From: Candidatus Moanibacter sp.
GTDB lineage: Bacteria > Verrucomicrobiota > Verrucomicrobiia > Opitutales > UBA2987
Assembly (NCBI GenBank): GCA_965215885.1
Contig: CBDCEW010000091.1
Span: 32,001-96,000 of the forward strand
DNA: 64,000 nucleotides
Reading direction: 5' to 3'
The position numbers were made by a program, and so were the translations under genes. Of the stretch, positions 60,220 through 64,000 are shown piece after piece; the first letter of the stretch is position 1; the number at the start of each line of letters is the position of its first letter. Under the pieces are notes generated by a model. The model worked only from the letters and a program-made list of their open reading frames with translations. It had not been told where the DNA came from and ran no database searches.

Positions 60220-62016
60220 ATGAAGATCATTCTGCGTATCATCGGCATCGCGCTCCAGCACCGCTGGTATATGGTGGCGGCGTTTACGGCCATGTGTGGG
60301 GCAACAACGGCCTACATGTTCCTGCCGAAGTACATCGGAGCCGCGGTTGACAAGCTCGCAGAGATCTTCCGGGACGGGGGCGGTTCCCCATCCGATCTGT
60401 TTTCCATAGCGTTGACGATAGTGGTTCTCTACGTCGTGAGAGGGCTTCTTTCCTATTTGCAGATGTACTTCGGCGACGCTCTGTCGCAGTATGTGGCCTA
60501 CGACATTCGCAACAAGTTCTACGATCATGTTCAGCACCTGAGCTTCGGAAGCCACGATCGGCTCCATACTGGGAATCTGATGTCGCGCGCCATTGTGGAT
60601 GTGGAGAACATCCGGCGATTCATCAACATGGGATTGGTTCGGGCTCCCTATTACGGCGCGCTATTCCTCATTATCGCGATCATCCTGATTCGGCTCGATT
60701 GGCTCCTTGGACTGGCCAGTGTCAGTTTCCTTCCCCTGGTTGCCTACCAATCCGGGTCGGTTCGTTTAAAAATGAGGAAGTTGTGGCTCGTCGCCCAGGA
60801 GAAGATGGCCGATTTGACCACTGTTCTGCAGGAGAACCTCACCGGAGTGCGGGTGGTGAAGGCATTCGCATCGGAAAGCTATGAGGAGGCGCAGTTCGAC
60901 TCCCGGAACGTGGAAGTCGCCACCGGAATGGTGGCGGCGGAGAAGCTTCGCGCCGAGAATATGGCGTTTACCCTGTTCACCTTTCAAGTCTCTCTGGGGC
61001 TGATCCTCTGGTTTGGCGGTTGGCGGGTCATGAATGGGCACCTGTCGCTCGGTGGGCTGACGCAGTTCATCATCTACATGCAAATGATGGCACTGCCGGT
61101 ACGATTGATCGGGTGGATCGTGAACGCTTACGCTCGAGCGGTCTCAGCTGGGGAGCGGTTTTTTGAGATTCTCGATGCCGAATCGGAGGTCAGGGAGCTG
61201 CCAGGCGCCGCGGAGATGCCTCGAGTGAGCGGTCATGTTCAGTTCAACAATCTGAATTTTGAATACGACCGTGGCGCGACGGTACTCAACGGGATCGACA
61301 TCGATGCGAGTCCGGGAAATGTAGTCGCGCTCCTGGGACCACCGGGAAGTGGAAAGACAACAATTGTAAACCTCCTTTCGCGTTTTTACGAAATCGGGCC
61401 GGGCGAGATCACGATCGACGGCATCGACATCAGAACCGTCACGCTCGAATCATTGCGTCGCAATATTGGAATCGTTCATCAGGACGTTTTTCTATTCTCC
61501 ACTTCGATACGGGAGAACATCGCCTACGGACGTGCCAACGCTTCCATGGAAGCTATCATTCGGGCAGCCAAAATCGCACAGCTCCACGATTTCATCGAGA
61601 GTCTCGACGAGGGTTACGACACGGTCATCGGCGAACGTGGCTCAACTCTATCCGGCGGACAACGACAGCGGCTATCGATCGCCCGTGCGATCTTGCTCGA
61701 TCCCCCGATATTGGTCCTCGACGATTCAACCTCAAGCGTCGATGCCGAGACCGAGCACCTCATTCGCCAGGCGATGGAATCGGTCATGCGGAACCGAACA
61801 ACCTTCGTCATCGCGCATCGGCTGAGTACGATTCATCGGTCAGATATCATTTTGGTTTTACGAAACGGCTCAATCGTGGAACGAGGCACGCATCGGGAAC
61901 TCCTCGCAGCCGACGGTCTTTACCGTGAGATCTATGAGCTGCAGCTGCGTCCACAGGAAGAGGTGATGCGCGATTTCGAAGTCCCGGTCGCGATTCCAGG
62001 GGAGGCAACCGGATGA
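60220..62016 (+). CDS. ABC exporter TMD-NBD half transporter (subunit 1 of heterodimer)
   Basis: GPPGSGKT, LSGGQRQR and LDDSTS (degenerate catalytic Glu). Confidence 0.95.
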   Translation: MKIILRIIGIALQHRWYMVAAFTAMCGATTAYMFLPKYIGAAVDKLAEIFRDGGGSPSDLFSIALTIVVLYVVRGLLSYLQMYFGDALSQYVAYDIRNKFYDHVQHLSFGSHDRLHTGNLMSRAIVDVENIRRFINMGLVRAPYYGALFLIIAIILIRLDWLLGLASVSFLPLVAYQSGSVRLKMRKLWLVAQEKMADLTTVLQENLTGVRVVKAFASESYEEAQFDSRNVEVATGMVAAEKLRAENMAFTLFTFQVSLGLILWFGGWRVMNGHLSLGGLTQFIIYMQMMALPVRLIGWIVNAYARAVSAGERFFEILDAESEVRELPGAAEMPRVSGHVQFNNLNFEYDRGATVLNGIDIDASPGNVVALLGPPGSGKTTIVNLLSRFYEIGPGEITIDGIDIRTVTLESLRRNIGIVHQDVFLFSTSIRENIAYGRANASMEAIIRAAKIAQLHDFIESLDEGYDTVIGERGSTLSGGQRQRLSIARAILLDPPILVLDDSTSSVDAETEHLIRQAMESVMRNRTTFVIAHRLSTIHRSDIILVLRNGSIVERGTHRELLAADGLYREIYELQLRPQEEVMRDFEVPVAIPGEATG

Positions 62017-63854
62017 GAATGAGCGGCAGCATGTTTCACGGTGTCCGGGATGGACCGGCGGACGAAGATATTTTCGGCCAGGTCTATGACCGCAGAGTGG
62101 TTGCGAGGATGCTCCCCTACCTGCGTCCCTATGTGGGTCTGGCGGCGCTTGCGACTGTGGCCATGCTGATCTATACGGCCACACTGGTCGCGATTCCCTA
62201 CCTTATAAAATACGGCATCGACGGATTCATTGTGGGAGGAAATCGATCCGACTTCTCGGGATTAACTCTGGTATTTGCGTACTTTCTCCTCACTGCAGTG
62301 GCCAACTGGGCGAGCAACTACACCCAACAGTGGGCCATGATCAGAGTCGGACAGGGCGTTCTCTACAGCATGCGCCGGGACATGTTCAGCCACTTGCAGA
62401 AGCTGTCGCTGCGCTACTTCGACAGGACCGAAGTGGGCCGCATCATTTCCCGGGTAATGGGCGACGTATATCAGCTGCAGGAATTCATGTCGCTTGTCGT
62501 GACCACCCTGGGCGACTTCCTCGCCCTCATCGGTGTCGTCACTATGCTGTTGGTGCTGAATCTGAAGCTCGGCCTGATTTCCATGGCCGTCGTGCCGGTA
62601 CTGGTGCTGATCATGGCGGTTTGGCAAACCTATGCCAGGCGGGCATTCATGCGCGTTCGACGGTCAATTGCCATCGTAAACTCCGCCCTGAACGAAAACA
62701 TCAGCGGTGTCCGCGTGGTTCAGAGCATGAATCGCCAGAAGCGCAACATGGAGATTTTCGACGAAAAAAACTCGGAGAATCTGCATGCTTCTTTGTCCGC
62801 CATCCGTCTCAGCGCCATCCTCATGACACCGGTCGATATCCTCACGGGAATCGCCATCGCTTCGGTCCTTTACTTCGGCGCAGGCATGGTTACCGGCGAG
62901 ACACTGGGAATTGGTGGGTTGATCGCTTTCGTCCTCTACATCCAAAGGTTCTTTGACCCGATCCGAAACTTGACCATGCAATACAGCCAGTTCCAACGGT
63001 CGATGGCATCTGGGATTCGTATATTCGAACTTCTGGATACCGAAATGGACATAACGGATGCCGACAATGCGGAAGCGATTCCTCCAATGAAAGGCGGCGT
63101 GGAATTTCGGGAGGTCAGCTTTGGGTACGATTCGGGTGAGGATGTGCTCAGGAAGGTCAATCTGAAGATAGAGGCCGGCGAAACGGTGGCGATCGTGGGT
63201 CCCACTGGCGCCGGGAAGACAACCCTGGTTTCGCTCATCGCGCGTTTTTACGATGTCCCGCCCGGCCGCGGCGCAATTCTCGTGGACGGTTTTGACATAC
63301 GGGACGTAAAACGGGACTCGCTCGCGGGACAGATGAGCATGGTCTTGCAGGAGCCGTTCCTGTTCTCCGGAACGGTCGCTGAGAATATCCGATACAACCG
63401 CGTGGACGCCAGTGACGAGCAGGTGGTCCGGGCGGCCAAAGCGGTTGATGCCCATGGATTCATTGCCGATCTGGAGAATGGCTATGATACACTCCTGGCG
63501 GAGCGAGGTGTCAACCTCAGTGTGGGGCAACGCCAGTTATTGAGTTTTGCCAGAGCCATTGTGGCCGACCCGCGCATCCTCATCCTCGACGAAGCTACCG
63601 CCAACATCGACAGCCACACCGAGCTGCTCATTCAGAGAGCCCTGCGGAAACTCTTGCAAAACCGAACCGCGATTGTTATCGCGCACCGCCTCTCGACCAT
63701 TCGCGGGGCGGACAAGATTGTGGTACTGCATCACGGTGAGGTCGTGGAAACAGGCACTCATTCGGAACTGGTGTCGAAGAGTGGACTCTATCAGCACCTT
63801 TACCAGATGAATTACGCCGCTATCGAGGAGCCGCTAGCCCAAACATCTCGCTAG
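62013..63854 (+). CDS. ABC exporter TMD-NBD half transporter (subunit 2 of heterodimer)
   Basis: GPTGAGKT, LSVGQRQ, LDEAT and IAHRLST. ATGA overlap with subunit 1. Confidence 0.95.
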   Translation: MRMSGSMFHGVRDGPADEDIFGQVYDRRVVARMLPYLRPYVGLAALATVAMLIYTATLVAIPYLIKYGIDGFIVGGNRSDFSGLTLVFAYFLLTAVANWASNYTQQWAMIRVGQGVLYSMRRDMFSHLQKLSLRYFDRTEVGRIISRVMGDVYQLQEFMSLVVTTLGDFLALIGVVTMLLVLNLKLGLISMAVVPVLVLIMAVWQTYARRAFMRVRRSIAIVNSALNENISGVRVVQSMNRQKRNMEIFDEKNSENLHASLSAIRLSAILMTPVDILTGIAIASVLYFGAGMVTGETLGIGGLIAFVLYIQRFFDPIRNLTMQYSQFQRSMASGIRIFELLDTEMDITDADNAEAIPPMKGGVEFREVSFGYDSGEDVLRKVNLKIEAGETVAIVGPTGAGKTTLVSLIARFYDVPPGRGAILVDGFDIRDVKRDSLAGQMSMVLQEPFLFSGTVAENIRYNRVDASDEQVVRAAKAVDAHGFIADLENGYDTLLAERGVNLSVGQRQLLSFARAIVADPRILILDEATANIDSHTELLIQRALRKLLQNRTAIVIAHRLSTIRGADKIVVLHHGEVVETGTHSELVSKSGLYQHLYQMNYAAIEEPLAQTSR

Positions 63855-63986
63855 CCCGCATGTCTCATGTACTTGATCATTCCCTGTCTCGGCATGCCGG
63901 AACACGGTTCCGAAAAATCACCTCGTGAGACAACACTCAGTCCCGAAGAGTAACAGGCCGTAGATTCCCCGTAGTCCCGCTGAGCG

Positions 63987-64000
63987 CATTTGCGTTAACC
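63987..64000 (-). mobile_element. Right end of another copy of the 37122-38727 IS4 element (runs off the window)
   Basis: CATTTGCGTTAACC is the exact reverse complement of 38714-38727. Confidence 0.7.

Noticed and set aside
37122..64000. Inversion between the two oppositely oriented IS4 copies as the explanation for the missing TSD
   Set aside because: The flank at 63978-63986 would have to read CGCTCAGCG but reads CGCTGAGCG. The far flank is outside the window.

Overview
A 64-kb bacterial window at about 55-60% GC. The TonB-receptor N-terminus, GntR-LacI hybrid regulators and intergenic repeat types suggest Verrucomicrobia/Opitutae, which is inference only. It is mostly a catabolic accessory region: four FAD-dependent oxidoreductases, two PhyH dioxygenases, a sulfatase, a sialidase-like fragment, sugar ABC and Na+:solute transporters, a TonB receptor, two regulators, and SDR/AKR/Gfo/Zn-dehydrogenases. 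It also holds a hybrid histidine kinase, a Ser/Thr kinase, TA-like pairs and a heterodimeric ABC exporter. Mobile DNA has heavily reworked it: two IS4-family elements plus the end of a third, two copies and one orphan end of a 2.37-kb IS with a ~740-aa transposase, many gene fragments and about 10 frameshifts or nonsense codons (some may be assembly errors). The most striking feature is a tandem two-domain Y1/HUH (IS200-like) transposase at 40162-41013, in which one domain keeps the HUH motif and the other keeps YxxxQ. Its stop codon is part of a 44-bp repeat, (T/G)TAG-N17-hairpin. At least 15 copies of that repeat form inverted clusters and 69-bp tandem arrays between 40 and 60 kb, making this a candidate new RAYT/REP-like system. 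No rRNA, tRNA or CRISPR-Cas was recognised.
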